A stretch of 64,000 nt of DNA from Bigelowiella natans CCMP2755. Taxonomy: Eukaryota > Protista > Cercozoa. The notes beneath the pieces are model-generated. The model did no database searches and had not been told where the DNA came from. It saw nothing but the letters and a program-made list of their open reading frames with translations. The stretch lies in contig ADNK01000136.1 in assembly GCA_000320545.1 (NCBI GenBank), forward strand, positions 62,001 to 126,000, read 5' to 3'. The position numbers and the translations under genes are program-made. This document shows positions 1-14,324 of this stretch, one piece after another. How positions within the stretch are numbered: position 1 is the stretch's first letter; each line of letters starts with the position of its first letter.

Positions 1-3000
1 TGTTCAGCTGTGAGCTTGTTTTTGTATCCATCAAGCATGCCTTTAAGCATCTCTCCCCTCTGCTTCAACTTTTGCTGTGCTTCCTTGAGGTCATCCGCGT
101 TGGCTCCGTCAGACTCCATCTGTTCCAGAAGAGCTTTATTCTTCTCTTCATCCAAATCTGCCTGTTGTTTAGCAATATTGGCGATAGCGTTGGCCTCATT
201 ATCAACAGTGGAGGATTTAATGTCTCCTGCAGGGGTTACTTGGCCGGCAACAACTTCTCCAGCAACTCCAGTAGCGCCGCCCATATCGATAGTTCCATGG
301 CCTGGAATCTTGATTTGTCGCATCTCTCCGCACATTTCTTTCAGGAAAACTTTTATCATGTTTGCAAGCTCAGGTTCAAGGCCTCTGAACAGTCCTGCCT
401 CTTGGTCTTGTCTTTCCGCTTCGATGTTGCGGATCGCTTGATTCTGCGCTGCCTGGTTAGCCTCTCTTACCATGTTTCTTACGTTGGTGATTCGATGATG
501 AGGACGATCGTGCTTATCAAGGAACTTTTTGATGACCTTTTCAAGGAAGTTACAGAGCTTCTTGCGCGTATTGCGATGACGATCAAGGGTGCCTACCATG
601 GATTGTTCATTATGGGATTCCAATGCATTGCGTAATGTATCTGCGAAGTTAGCCTGGTCGGCAACAAATTGATCCATTCTGTTTTCAAGTAGCTGCAAGA
701 AGAATTGAATGGTGTCGAGGTATTCGTCTTCGGCGTTGACTTCATCCAGACGATGCTTTGTTAACATAATGAAAAGTTGGTCTCCAATTATACCCTTATT
801 GGCTTTGAACTTCTCTCTTCTTGAACGTTCATAAGCTGCCATGTTCTTGATGCGGTTCATCAATTCGACAGCCTTACCTGCATTTGTTTTAATTTCGGTC
901 ATGTCGTCACGAATGATCGTGTTGACGTTTCCTTGAGTAAGCTGGGGTACCGGCGCTTTTTGTTCATCCTTTACTTTTTCCTTCTCTTGCTCCACGTCAT
1001 CGAGGAGGCTGTTTAGCGTTTCAATTAGCTGTTTCTCGTTTGAGTTCGTCTGGCGGTCAAAGTACGATTTCTGTGCCATTACTTCGCCCATGACGAACCT
1101 CTCCGCTGCTTCAAGGAAGATCGTGGATCCGATGGACATTTTCACACCGAGCAAGGCTTTAAGCTGTTGGGTCTCCGCTACCATGCGATCAACTTGTGCC
1201 TCAAAGTTCTGGCTTCGATTTGATAGCTGGGCCTTAACAAATTTGCGCTGCTCTTGAAGTTTCTGGTAGAGTTTCTGGAACTCTTGTTGAGAGTCGCCTT
1301 CCTTTTCGTACACCTCGAATTTGGCGTCTTCAATTTGATTCTTGACGTGGGTATATCCACCAAGGACCAGCAGCATTACGACGAAAACGGCAACGACCCC
1401 CGCAACGATGGTCAAATCAGGGGTGGTGTGAAGTGACGAATTTGCTTGGACACCATTTTGGTTCAGGGAAACTAAAGTTGTCGTTGAGATAGTAGCGGCA
1501 GGGCATTCCTGACTTGATTCGAGGACGCTCACAAGAGTTACCTTGTTAGTGTCGCTTGCGTCCGCAAATACGTATCTTCCAGAGCTTGTAAAAGTAAATG
1601 TGAAGAACTTAACAGTATCATTAGCAGCAATGGAGGACCCCAGTTGGTTAAATGACGAATAATCAAAGTCTGCGTTAGAATTGAGTATAGAGTCTTTCAT
1701 GTACACAGGATAGTCGGCTTGGGACTCGGTAAGATCCCAGACAAGCGCTTGTCCGATCTGGATGCAAATCGTAGCACTGGTGTACCCGGTGGGGGAGGCC
1801 GTTGGAGAGCTTGTTGGTGTATTTTGCAACTCTACATTGCTATATCCTACTCTACTCTGGAATCCCATGAGGTGTAGATTTCGTGCACGATGTGCGAGGG
1901 AAGATGTGTTTGCAGTCGTGGTAGCGGTAGGACATCCAATGGTGGATCCTAGGCCGCTTGTCGCTCCATACTGTGCTGAATGTCCGGCTGCTGTTGCAGC
2001 AATGGACACAAGGTTGCAGTCGGATCCTGTGCATGACATCTTTCCGCTCCATCCGTCGATTGCATCCAAAGACATACTGGATGTAGTGCCAGATACGGGA
2101 TCATAGCATGAAATCGTGCCGTCACGAATAGTCAATTTCTCTGCATTTGCTTGGCATGTTTCGTCGCATAAATTCTCAGGATTGGCGCATGCACAGACAC
2201 CATTGTCCTTGTCCAGTTCACACTCGTCGCATGCGCAGGTGTCACAGGAAGAGGCAGCAATACATTTTCCTGTAACCCCGTCTCGCACTTGACTGGTGGT
2301 ACATGAATCATACGCTATAGGTTGGCACTCACCCAAGGAATCTCCCTCATACAACACCCCAAAGGTGTTGATGTATTCATACATTGGCTTACACAAACAA
2401 GAACCAGTTTCCAACTGGTATACACGAGTTGAAGCGAGACAGTTGCATGTTGTAGAAGCTTCTCCTTCTGTATCGGAACTCGATCCACATGGACTGCAGT
2501 AGGCCTGACCAACGTTAGCACTGTAAGAATCTTTGGGGCATGGTAAGCATGCGCTTGAATTCGTTCGAGCGGTTTTGGAATTGTAATATCCCGGTCCGCA
2601 ATAAGACGGCTGAGTGGATCCAGCAGGACAATAAGCTCCTGTGGGGCAAGGGTATCCTCGATGCATAGAGATATTCTGAGGGGTGGGGCTCGCACATCCA
2701 GCGAGACACACGTATCCTGGAGGCGAAGGAAGACAAGTAGCATCTGATGCACTGGAACGATAAGATCCTGCCGGGCAGATTTTGCAACCAGTCTCTGGAG
2801 TTGACCTATCTGTAGCCATGTCATTGTGTGCGTATCCGAGAGGACATGGGAGAGGATACGTTGATCTATAGGTTGAGGTGGTAGGTGGGCAATAGGATCC
2901 ATTTGGACAAGGTAACGGGCCTGCAGAACCGACAGGGCAATAGTAGGAACCATTGCAAGGCAGAGGCGCGGCGGTTTTTTCTGGGCAGTAATAACCAGCT

Positions 3001-6000
3001 GGGCAGGGTGTGCTGGAATTCGCACCAGGCATACAGTATGTACCAGGTTGGCACGGCTGTCCAGCTATTGCGCCCGATCCACAGAACGTACCCCCAGGAC
3101 ATGCGTGACAGTCGCTGAGACTTTGAGCTCCAGTAGCATCCCTGAATGAGCCAGGTGGACATGCAAGAGGATATGTGGTGGCTTCGGGGCAGAAGTGACC
3201 AGCGGGGCACGGGTATTGGGAATAGTCTGAGAGCGCTGTCTGATTGCACCAGTATCCAGCTTTACAAGGTAGACATGCGGATATATTGTCGGAACCAGAG
3301 TTGGGATTATACGTGCGGATTGGGCATGCACGAGCAGGAACTTCGTCATTAAATTTACAGTAATGACCAGGATTGCATGGAACCCCATCGGAAGCACCGA
3401 CAGGACACATTCTCCCTCCCTGACAAGGCTCACAGTCCGACAAGTTCTTGCCTCCCTGATTCGGATTCATAGTTCCAAAAGGACAAGGATGCATATAGCT
3501 GGTACCTTGTGGGCAGTAGTGCCCAGGCTTGCACGGACCTCCCTTTTGATCATCCCATGTGTCGGGAGTTGGAGTGCCCTGTCTCGATAAGCAGAAGTAT
3601 CCAGCTGAGCATTCGCCTACCTGTTTACCCCCTTGACAGTACTTCGTACTGTTGCAAGCAACACACTGTGCTGCGCTTTCCAACTTGGTGCTGTTGTAGT
3701 TAGTGGTTCCGTTCGGACACAAAACAGGAGCAGAAGAGTTGGACGGGCAGTAGCTGTACAATGGGCATGGGATCGGAAGACTAGGTCCATCGACACAATA
3801 ATATCCTTTTGGACACGGAATACAGTTCTCCTTTCCTCTTGCAGGTTGATATGTGCCAGCTGTGCATTGTACCGGTGCTGGACTACCTGGGGGACAGGTG
3901 CTTCCAGTAGGACATTGGGTTTCATTCGACGCTGGTTGGGTAGAGTTTTCGGGGCACCAAAATCCAGCAGAGCACAATCCTGATGGCGCAGAAAGGCCTG
4001 AGATCGCACAGTACATTCCTGCTGTACACGGCGTGCAATCCGCTTTCTCGTCCTGTCCAATGATGGAATTGAAAGAGCCGGGGGGGCATTGAATGGGATC
4101 CAAAGTACCACTTGGGCAGTAGGAGCCAGTAGGGCAGGGGCCGTTATCTGGGTATGTACCATTTGGATTCGGAACTTTAGCAGAACCATTGCAGTAGTAC
4201 CCACCGGCGCAATTTCCTGACGGCGCAGGCAATGCCGCTCCAGCGCAATATTTTCCTTTGTCACATGGAGTGCATTCAGAAACAGAATCGAGCTTGGTGG
4301 ACGTACTGTAAGTTCCGCTCGGACATGGTTGAGGGATGGAGGTGTTTCCGGGGCAGTAGTGGCCTGCGGGACAATCGGTAAAATTCTGGTTGCCAGTTGA
4401 GCCAGTGATATGCGTGAGATTCATATAATGTGGCTCTGGCGATCCTTTACAGTAATATCCTGCAGGACAACCCTTGCATTTTTCTTGTCCCATTTCCCCG
4501 TTGTAGGTGCCTGGAGGGCAATTGAACACGTAGATGGTTCCCTCAGGGCAATATGTTACCTCGGGGCACTTGTGCCCCCCGATTCCATTAAGAGGAGTTG
4601 GGGTGGTAGATCCACCGGTACAGATGTATCCAGAGTTACAAGTGATGTTGACGTCAACCCCTCCGGAGCCGATACCAGCGCAATATTGTCCCGCAGGACA
4701 ATCTAAGCAGTCCTCAGGCGCATCATTACCCTCATTCATTGCAAATTTACCTGCTGGACATACGACAGGGACAATTGATCCTCTTGGGCAGTATTTACCA
4801 ACAGGACAAATGTTGCCTGTGATTCCATCGGTAGGGGTGGGCTTCCCAGCACCACTGGTGCAGAAGTATCCAGCCGAACAATCACCTGTGTAGTTCGATA
4901 ACCCACTGGTGCCGCAGTATTTTCCTGGTGTGCATGACGTGCAGTGGCTTAGGAGCCATCTGCCGGTCGCAGCTCCATAGGTACCATTTGGACAAGGATA
5001 CTGATTACCGTACTGAGTTCCTGCAGGGCAAATGTGCCCAACAGGACATATTTCATAATCTGTGTTTCCAGTACCATTGGAATATTGACCATCAGGTGTG
5101 GGCTTGCAGGTGCCCGTGCCTACCTCATCTTGGTATGTTCCAGCTGCACACGGCACTGGTGCACTGCTACCAGATGGACAATAGTTTCCAATCGGGCACT
5201 TCAGAGAAGGAACTTCGGTTCCGGTTGGACAATAAAATCCAGCCGTGCACTTGGCGGTTGGCTCGGTTAGACCGGTGCCATTGCAGTAGGATCCCATCGT
5301 ACAATGAGTACAGTCGCTCACTTTGACATTTCCTTCCGCATTCGAAAAGGTTCCGTTGGGACATCGTGCAGGTAAGGTTGACTGTGCTACACAATAGTGT
5401 CCAGGCGGGCAAACTGTATCATTGGGTAACATGGCTCCGGATTGGCAGTAGAATCCCTCGGTACACGAGCCCGTGAATGTCGTCAAACCATCAATTAGGC
5501 AGTAACGTCCTCCATCGCAAGGAGTAGGGTTAGTGGAACCCAGTGGGCAGTAGCTACCTTTGGGACAGATTCCACCATTATTTGCATTGCCATTTAGTGC
5601 GGTTGGAGTGCGCGAGGACGATTTTCCCAAACAATAATATCCTGCATCACAATCACCACCAAAGTTTATTTGGCTAACTCCTTCACAGTACTTTCCTCCA
5701 GGACAATCTGTGCATTGAAGCACATTCTTAAGCCCCCCTGTAAGGCCATAAGTACCATTTGGACATGGGTGCTGAGTTCCAGGATTAATAGACCCATCAG
5801 GACAGAAATACCCTCTTGGGCAGATTTGGTGTACATAGGTATCAGAGCCTTGCTCACAGAAGAAACCAGAGGGGCATACATCGCACACCACATGGCCAGT
5901 TCTGTTGGCATAGCTTCCCGCAGGACACGGTGTAGGATCTGAAGTGTTCTTCAGGCAGTAATGGCCTTGAGGACATAACCCCCCTGTGTCATCACCAGGA

Positions 6001-9000
6001 GGAGTTGGAGTGCTTGCACCACGATTGCAGTAATACCCAGCTTCGCAAACACCCGTAGGCTCCGTAAGCCCGGTGGAACCACAGTAGCTTCCTCTTTCAC
6101 ATTTGACACAATCAGTGACAGCACCTTTTCCCGTATCCGTAAGATACGTTCCGTTCGGACATGGTATGCCGACTGCAGAGGCTGTGGGGCAGTACTGGCC
6201 AGCTGGGCAAAAAACTGGGATATTGTTGAATATATCCTGCGAGCCCTGTGGTGTTGCAGCCCCAGAGGAGCACAGATAGCCTGCACTGCAAGGCCCAGTT
6301 GGAGTAGAAAGACCTGTCGTCATACAGTAATGCCCAGGAGAGCATTGGAAGCACTCTGTTTCAGCTTTGAGCTGTGTGCGATTGTTGTACGTGCCTATGG
6401 GACAGCTGGGAATACTAGTGTTTGTTCCCTCTGGGCAATATCGTCCTGTTGGGCAATCTATAGGAAGCGACGTATTCCAAGGACAATAGTATTGGGCAGG
6501 ACAAATAGTACAGTTTGCATGACCTGGGACTCCAGCGTATGTACCTTCAGAGCAGCCAAGAGGCTGATTAGAGCCACTTGGACAATAGTTGCCGGGGGGG
6601 CATACGCCCCCCGTAGGTGGATAGGTGGGTCTGTCAGTAGTGGCTCCTTCGATACAATAATATCCAGGAGCGCAGTCTCCAGACCATATCGAGAGCCCAG
6701 TTCCATTGCAAAACTTCCCAGGGGGGCAGGACAGACACCAAGTTTGATTCGTAGCTCCCAAATTAGGCTGATACGTTCCAGTTGGGCATTCAGCCGGCGT
6801 GTGCGTTCCGTTCACGCAAAAATGACCCGTAGGACAAAGTCCTCCTCCTTGAGTAGACAAATCAATAGGATCTGGGATTCGGGCTCCTGCTTTACAGTAG
6901 TATCCTGCGTGGCAAAAGCCTGTAGGTTCTGAGAGGCCTTTGCTGTAGCAGTACTTCCCTGGTGAACATTGAGTGCACTGTGAAAGATTGAACAAGTTGA
7001 GACTGGAGCTAAATGTGCCTTCTTGACATGGGGTAGGAGTAATAGTTCCATACCCACAGTAGTGACCTGTAGGACAATTTCGCCCTATGGTCATGGCGGT
7101 GTCGTTGCAGTAGAATCCTTTTGGACACTGGAGGCATGATGTTGAACCCTTCTCCGGCTGGTATTTCCCAGCCTGACAAGGAGTCATGGTCCACGCACCT
7201 GAATCTGTCCAGTACCCTGGCTCTGAAATGTATTGTGTCGGTGTAAAAGCACCACCAGCACAATAGTATCCAGCACGGCAAACCCCGGTTGGAGCACCGA
7301 GATTGCCTACTGCGCAATAATATCCTGCAGTACAAGGGAAGCACTGGGAAGCGTTTACAGCGCCGGTGAAATTGAGGAATGTTCCTTTTGGACATGCCTT
7401 AGGAATGCTAGATCCCTCTGGACAGTATCCCCCAAGAGCGCATTTGGAGTTATCCTTGTCATTCGAGGGGTCTCCAAGCGGTGAAGAGGAGTTTGAGCCT
7501 GTCCGGCAAACAAACCCTTCCTTACAGATACCTGTCGGTGCTGTAAGACCTGTGGTTTCACAGTAGTAGCCAGGGGAACAGTCTGTACATTCATCCACAA
7601 ATTGCAAGCCAGTTGTGTTCCCAAAAGTCCCAATTGGACACGGAACGACGGAAGAGCCACTGCAATAGGACCCTCGAGGGCATACCACAGGCGTAACAAG
7701 TGCCGATGTGGAACATACATATCCAGGAGGACAAACGGCGCAAGAATCCAGTGAGGTTGCTCCAGGAAACTTTCGATATTTGCCGATTGGGCACGCGTTT
7801 TGTTGCTGACTTGAGGAGCCCGGAGGACAATAGTAACCAGGCTGACAATCCCCAGTGGGGGCAGTGGCGTTGGGTCCAGCACAGTACTTTCCAGCAGGAC
7901 ATGGCCAGCAATCTGCACTTTTCTCGCCGCCGAATTGGGGACGGTACGTTCCGGGATCACATGCTATCAGAGTCGGTGTTGCTTGAGGGCAGTAGTATCC
8001 AGGGGGGCATTGGTAAAGGTCAAGGGAGGGTTCCCTTTGAGTTGCCACATCACAAAATCTACCCTTTGGACATGGAGACATTAGCATCACTGTTTCCGAT
8101 GTTGCATTGTGCATGCAATAGTGTCCAGCTGCGCAATGAATACAAGATGACGAGTCCATGGGCGAATACATCCCCTAAAAAAATATCGATTCATTATAAG
8201 ATATATTACGAGACACAACAAAGATTGATTCAATTAGATAGGCATGATATGCAATTCTACAACCTTTCCGCAGGCGATGGGCTGTGTCATTGCGAAATTC
8301 GGACAATGGTAGCCAGCAGGGCATGATCTGCACGCCGGCCATCCAGATGGAGAAGGTCCTACCAGAGTGTGCATCAGCTTATTATCGCTGTAACTCCCTG
8401 GCATACACGGGAGAGGATTGGCTTCTGCCAAGCCACAGTAGTAGCCCACTGGACAAGGTTGGCACTGCTCAAGCCTCCATATCCCAGGATTGGTTGCATT
8501 ACTGTAGAATCCAACGGGACACGGAAACGAGTCGTTTCTGACGGATCCTTCAGGACAGTAGTGCCCTGCTGCACATGGCAGAGGTTCAGTTCCCCCAAGA
8601 CCGGGGCAGTAATAGCCCCTTGGACATACATCACATTGTTGTGAGTTTATCAGATTGGATATGTTGCTCCAAGTTCCCGCAGGGCAGGGATACTGCTGTA
8701 GGCTCATTGTTCCTTCAGGGCAGTAGTATCCCTCTGGACAGTTTTGCACTTTATTGGTTTCTCCACCAGTTCCAAACATACAAACAAAGCCCTGTGGGCA
8801 TGGCTCGCATTCTTCGATGCGTTTGAGGCCTAGCTTTGTACTGCGCTTACCAGCAGGGCATGGGTAATCGTCGGGATATACTGTTCCAGAAGGACAGTAG
8901 TATCCTGCGGAGCAATTTACGGTCGCAATGATGGTACCCACTTGTGGGCAAGCAAAGCCCATAGGGCAATCCTGACATCCAGATATGCTTGTTACGTTGT

Positions 9001-10437
9001 AATAAGGGTTGAAGGTTCCCTCCGCACAAGGTTCAGGATTCACACTTCCAGCTTCGCAGTAGTGTCCCTTAGGACAAGGGTGGCATTGACCAGCATGATG
9101 CAGTCCTTCTCGATATCCAGAATAAGTTCCTGCAGGACATGGTTGCGTAGCTTGAGCAGAGCAGCCCGACTGAGATACCAAACAGATGCCGTTAGTCCCA
9201 GCAGGACAGTAATACCCAGCTGGACAAGGATAGCCCTTGATTTTCGTTCCACTCGGACAGTAAGTTCCAACTGGGCAAGAGAGGCAGAAGTGCGATGCAG
9301 TTGCTCCAATCTCAGTGTTGTAAGTTCCTGAAGGGCATGGATACGACCTGTAGTCTTGTGTACCTTCTGGACAGTAGTACCCAGATCTGCATCGCATTGC
9401 AGATTGCATGCTTGGGGTAGCCTGCTCTGGACAGTAGTACCCAGCTGAACAGTTTGTGCAAGCACTCTGGGCAGTAGCACCGGATACATTACTATAAGTT
9501 CCACGTTGACATTTAATCGCAGTAGTTGAATCAGGGCAGTAGTATCCTGGAGGGCACACTCCGGCATCAGGCCGTGGTTCAATACTTCCCTTCGCACAAA
9601 TGTAGCCAGGGTCGCATGTAGTGCAGTTGGTAGTGTTTCCAAACGAATAAGATCCTTGAGGACATATGGTTGGAGACAATCCCGATATAGGACACTGGTA
9701 TCCTGCAGGGCAGAAACTGCATTCACGAGAGCCTGAGAGTGCGTATGTTCCAGGTAGACATTTGATAGGCTCCGCAATAGTTGTGGGGCATTTGGAACCG
9801 GCTGGACACAACGTACAAGTAGACTGGTTTCCAATCGAGTATTGCCCTTCGACGCAGGTCGTCATGGTGGAAACTTGCGTGTATGGGCAAGCATATCCAG
9901 CGGGGCAGGGAGTGCATTTGGTTTGATTTCCAATGGAAAAGCTTCCAGCGGCACACGGGTACATATTATCAGAGCTCCCTAGATCAGGACAGGCGAAACC
10001 TGGGGGACACTGATAGCAGTCGCGCTCTCCTAGACCTGACATGGTACCCTCCGGGCAGGTATACTTGACGTCAGAATCCGAACTTGGGCATGAGTAACCA
10101 GGAGGACACTCAGTGCATACTGTCGCATTTCCGGTAGAGTATGAGCCGATAGGGCATTTGGAGTTCTGAGAACCGTCAACGTTTGGACATGCGTATCCCG
10201 CAGGGCATGCTTGGCAAGTATTTTCGCAACCGCCTGTGCAATATGTACCAGCTAGACAAGTTTGTTGTCCAGTTCCATCTGTGTTCGGGCAATATTTCCC
10301 AGCTGGACATGGGGTGCAATGTACTTCTCCTTTCATCGAATATGATCTAAAAATTAATTTATATCCATCAGCTTAACAGAATTACTGTAAGAGGAGTTAA
10401 TCAATGAGTGCATAACTAGCAGGGTATCCACTCTACG

Positions 10438-10488
<51 letters not shown>

Positions 10489-13223
10489 CAAAAGTGAACT
10501 ATGCGTAAGGTATGAACATATTTTATAGACAATATGCATGGAGGTGGTATTTTTTGGCAATAAGTATTGAGAAAGGATACGTTATGTGATATTACGTATC
10601 GAGTAACCACACGCTACACATATGATGTACGACAGCGCTTCTGCTGTGTATCGGTGTTGTTATTGTGTATGATCGAAGTGTACGTCTGTTTACAACCCTG
10701 CCTGACAAGCGAAGATCGTTGTACTGTCGGTTCGTGGACATCGATAGCCGGCGGGGCAAATTGTACATGCCGCAGCATTCGCAGCGGAATAGTTTCCAGA
10801 TTGGCACGGAAGAGGAAAGCTGGCCACATTGGGGCAGTAAAATCCGGGAGGACAACCGACACACGATACAGAGCCGGCGGTAGCATAAGTTCCTGGACTA
10901 CAGCTAAGTGGGGTTTCGGTTGTTTGAGGACACATATGCCCAGCAGGACACGTCGTACAGGTGTCATTTCCTGCGAGAGAGTAGGTTCCAGAGTGACACT
11001 TGGCTGGTTCTTCTCCGTGATGTCGACAGGAGAATCCGGCAGGACACATTGTGCATGATATAGCTCCACTCAAGGAGTATCCCGTGGTACATTGGACAGG
11101 GTTGATGCCCTGATTAGAGCACTGGGAACCTGCGGGGCAGATATGGCACTGATGATCACCTGCAGTGCTGTAAGAACCAGTGGCACACGCTATCGGAGAT
11201 TGAGCAGGATTAAGGCAGGATGATCCAGCAGGACATGGGGAGCAAGATCCATTTCCTTCAGCAGAATAACTTCCTCTCGGGCAAATTACAGGCTTCGCAT
11301 TTACCGCGCACGAATGTCCAGCAGGGCATGGAGTGCAAGCAACATTCTTTCCTGGTAGACTGTAGTAGCCCGTGGTGCAAGCAACGCCTCCTAGAGTAGG
11401 ATCCAAGCACTGCTTCCCGGCATCGCATTCAATGCAACCTGATCTATCACCGTTGCTGAGAGTTCCAGCAGGGCAAATAGTGCAGTTCCGGTATGCGTTT
11501 CCAGTGCTGTAATATCCTTGTGGACAGGACTCCGGTGTAGCACTGGCATCCGGGCATTTCTTTCCAGGTGGACAAGCTATACAAGCTGATGCCCCTGCGG
11601 TAGGTGTGTAAGTACCAGTTGGACACTTCGTGCATGCAGTTTGAGCTCCAGAAGAGAAAAAACCTTTAAGACACTGTGTTTTGGATGATGTAGTACACGA
11701 GTATCCTGCAGGACAAATTTCACAGACAGTTGAACCAGAGTTTTCCGTGAAGTAGCCATCTGGACAAGCAGTGCACGTCTGTCCAAGACCTACTGTTGGT
11801 TGGAAGGTCCCTGGCTCGCACTTAATACAGCTAGTTTTGTTGGAAGCAGGAACTGATCCTTGCCCACAGGCTGTTGCCACGGATGCGGTACATGCGTAAC
11901 CATCAGGGCACTCGGCGCAGGCTGACATTCCTTGCTGCGGAGCATAAAAACCATCAGAGCATCCGATGCATTGTGTAGCTCCCGAGGCTCCTTGGTAGGT
12001 TCCAACATCACACGCTTTTTGCGCAAACGCAGCATTAGTATCAGTAAAATACCCTGGTTGCGAAGGAAGACACCTGTCTGCCCCATTATTCGGCTGATAT
12101 GTTCCTGGAGTGCACTCGCTGCAAACTGAAGAACCGTGACCGGAGTAATAACCTTTGTTACATAGTCCTCCCACACCTGCCTCAGTACAATGAGAACCTG
12201 CAGGACAGTGTGTGCAGGAAGATGACCCTGCTGAGCTGCTGGTTCCATTGGGGCATAAACTGCAGTCAGATTCACCATTGATGGAATATTCACCAGCCAG
12301 ACAATCTGCAATGATTTGTGTACTATCGCATTTCTTGCCAGATGGGCAGTTGATGCAAGAAGCTTGGCCTTGAGGTGCAAATTTACCAGGGGCACAATTT
12401 ATACATACGTCAGAGGCATTCACCGAGTAAGTCCCGGCAGCACAGATTTGCATTGCAACTTTAGTTGGGCAAGAAAACCCCTCTGGACATTGAAGGCAAA
12501 ACTTTTGACCGTCAATAGGATTATAATAACCTGTGGGACAGGTCAAGCACTGGCTTTCGTTTACCGCCCTGTATGAGCTGCGATATTTGCCCTCATCACA
12601 TGGCATTGGGTCGGCTCGAAGTCCGGCGCAATAAAAACCAGGTTCACAAGGAGCGCACGCCCATGGTAGAGATTGGTCCGAGTTGACTAAATATTCTCCA
12701 GGGTTGCACACCATGATTGTTGGAGCTGATGTAGTTGGAGATAGCGAGGTTGGTGCACAGGAGGAGGGAGTTTGTGAAGGTGCTAATGTAGTGGGGGACA
12801 TGGATGGATTACATGTTGAAGGAGATAAAGAAGTAGGAGCTGTTGTGGGATTCGTCGTAGTTGGTGTTGTTGATGGGCATGAGGTTGGTGTTGATGAGGG
12901 GGTTCCAGTTGTTGGAGATTTGCTTGGATTGGCGCTCGGAGTGGTGGTAGGATTGGAAGTAGGTGAGGTTGATGTAGGCGAGGATGATGGGGTACTACTT
13001 GGTAAACTACTTGGAGCAGCTAAATAATATAAAAAATGAAGAATTACGCATCTGCCTTCCGGTAAATTTAACGATATTAATAATTCATATTCAGATTTAG
13101 TGTCGTGGACATATATGTTGTGATTCGAACAATGGTTAACAGTTACGAGATTCAGCAAAAACATCTCTATTTTGATACTCAGCGTTAGAACAATGCTACA
13201 CAAACACACACACACACACACGC

Positions 13224-13285
<62 letters not shown>

Positions 13286-13478
13286 CTATAATATTCCAAA
13301 TATTTGGGATAGCGTTAAATGCAAATAAGTCAGGCAATATAAAGGTGAGGGAGACACATTTTTCACATATGATACTAATCTGCAGATGATCATTTAAGTT
13401 AAGTAGTGTACTTGTGGGAGAGACGACAAAAAGCGCCGCAACGACAAGCAATAGAAACAAGCCCGTTCGCGCCGACAT
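1..13478 (-). CDS. Giant cysteine-rich type I membrane protein (signal peptide, Ser/Thr/Pro stalk, many GCC2_GCC3/ephrin-receptor-like Cys repeats, single TM, coiled-coil cytoplasmic tail); 3' end outside window
   Basis: Exons complement(<1..8174, 8264..10346, 10697..13019, 13412..13478) joined by phase-compatible GT-AG introns, giving >4,200 codons. N-terminus MSARTGLFLLLVVAALFVVSPT, then PT/PS repeats and repeated CPxGxYC..CxxCPxG units. Juxtamembrane domain YPVYMKDSILNSNADFDY..FTFTFTSSGRYVF; TM TIVAGVVAVFVVMLLVLGGY at ~1353-1412. The reading frame is the same at 8172, 1410 and 3. The 8.2 kb exon is missing from the ORF track, consistent with no stop codon inside the window. Confidence 0.9.
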
Positions 13479-14324
13479 CTTGTCCTCCCAACACGGCCCC
13501 TAGCCAATCCTGATATATAACAGGTATTCAGAACAGATCATTTCGAATTCTGGTCCATTTCTCTCTGCTATTCTCTCAAGATGAAAGAATGGTACACAGG
13601 AATAAGTGTTACCCTTATGTAAGTTTCAGAACCCACAAGGGTCACACCCAGGTCTTTGGCTGGGGGAGATGGAAGATGGTTTGCTTCAAGTCTTCTCTAA
13701 GGCTCTGCGGCCTCCTCTACTCAGCTAAAAATGGCTTTCGTTTTCAGTTGTCGCAACGAGAGGAAATCTTATGTAAAAAACCAATTGCATATAGCTTATA
13801 TTTATTGATGATGTAAACTTTCAGAATGTAAATATGTAACAAATAGAGGCAATTACATATAAATATGCCGTATCATTAAATATTCAGGACTTAGTAAGAA
13901 AAGTCGACACGCTATTTTGTTCTTTATGGTAATTTTAAGATATGTCTTATTAATTAATATGCCTATAAAAATGATTTTCTAAAAATAACAACTTATGGTC
14001 TCAGACATTTTGGAGTTTCAATAAGATAATCACCATAAAATTGGGAGTTTCGTGCGTTTCCAGGTGAACGAGCCAGCAGTTACATGGTGAAGTCGTCGTG
14101 AAAGTCACAGTTTTTCCAACTGACAACACCATAGCTAATTCAATCCGAATGCAGTGGAAGTGGAATCTACGACTGAGGAATATCTGAAATAACGTGCGGA
14201 AGGATGCGACAAAGTAAAAAAGCCACGATTTGGAGAGCTTCCAATTCATACGACAAGCAAGATTCGTAGTCTTCTCAATTATTGGAAAGCGACATGTGAA
14301 GGATGTTGTCGCATCTATGGAACG

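Noticed and set aside
10-13027. Many short ORFs on both strands overlapping the Cys-rich gene
   Set aside because: They are antisense or off-frame shadows of one long minus-strand frame; the frame is consistent from 8174 to the window edge, so no frameshifting or overlapping genes are needed.
13020-13299. N-terminal MEYYRFIYIYIY...CVCVCV extension of the 869-aa ORF
   Set aside because: Read-through into intron 1 microsatellites; the true first exon is 13412-13478 and encodes a signal peptide.
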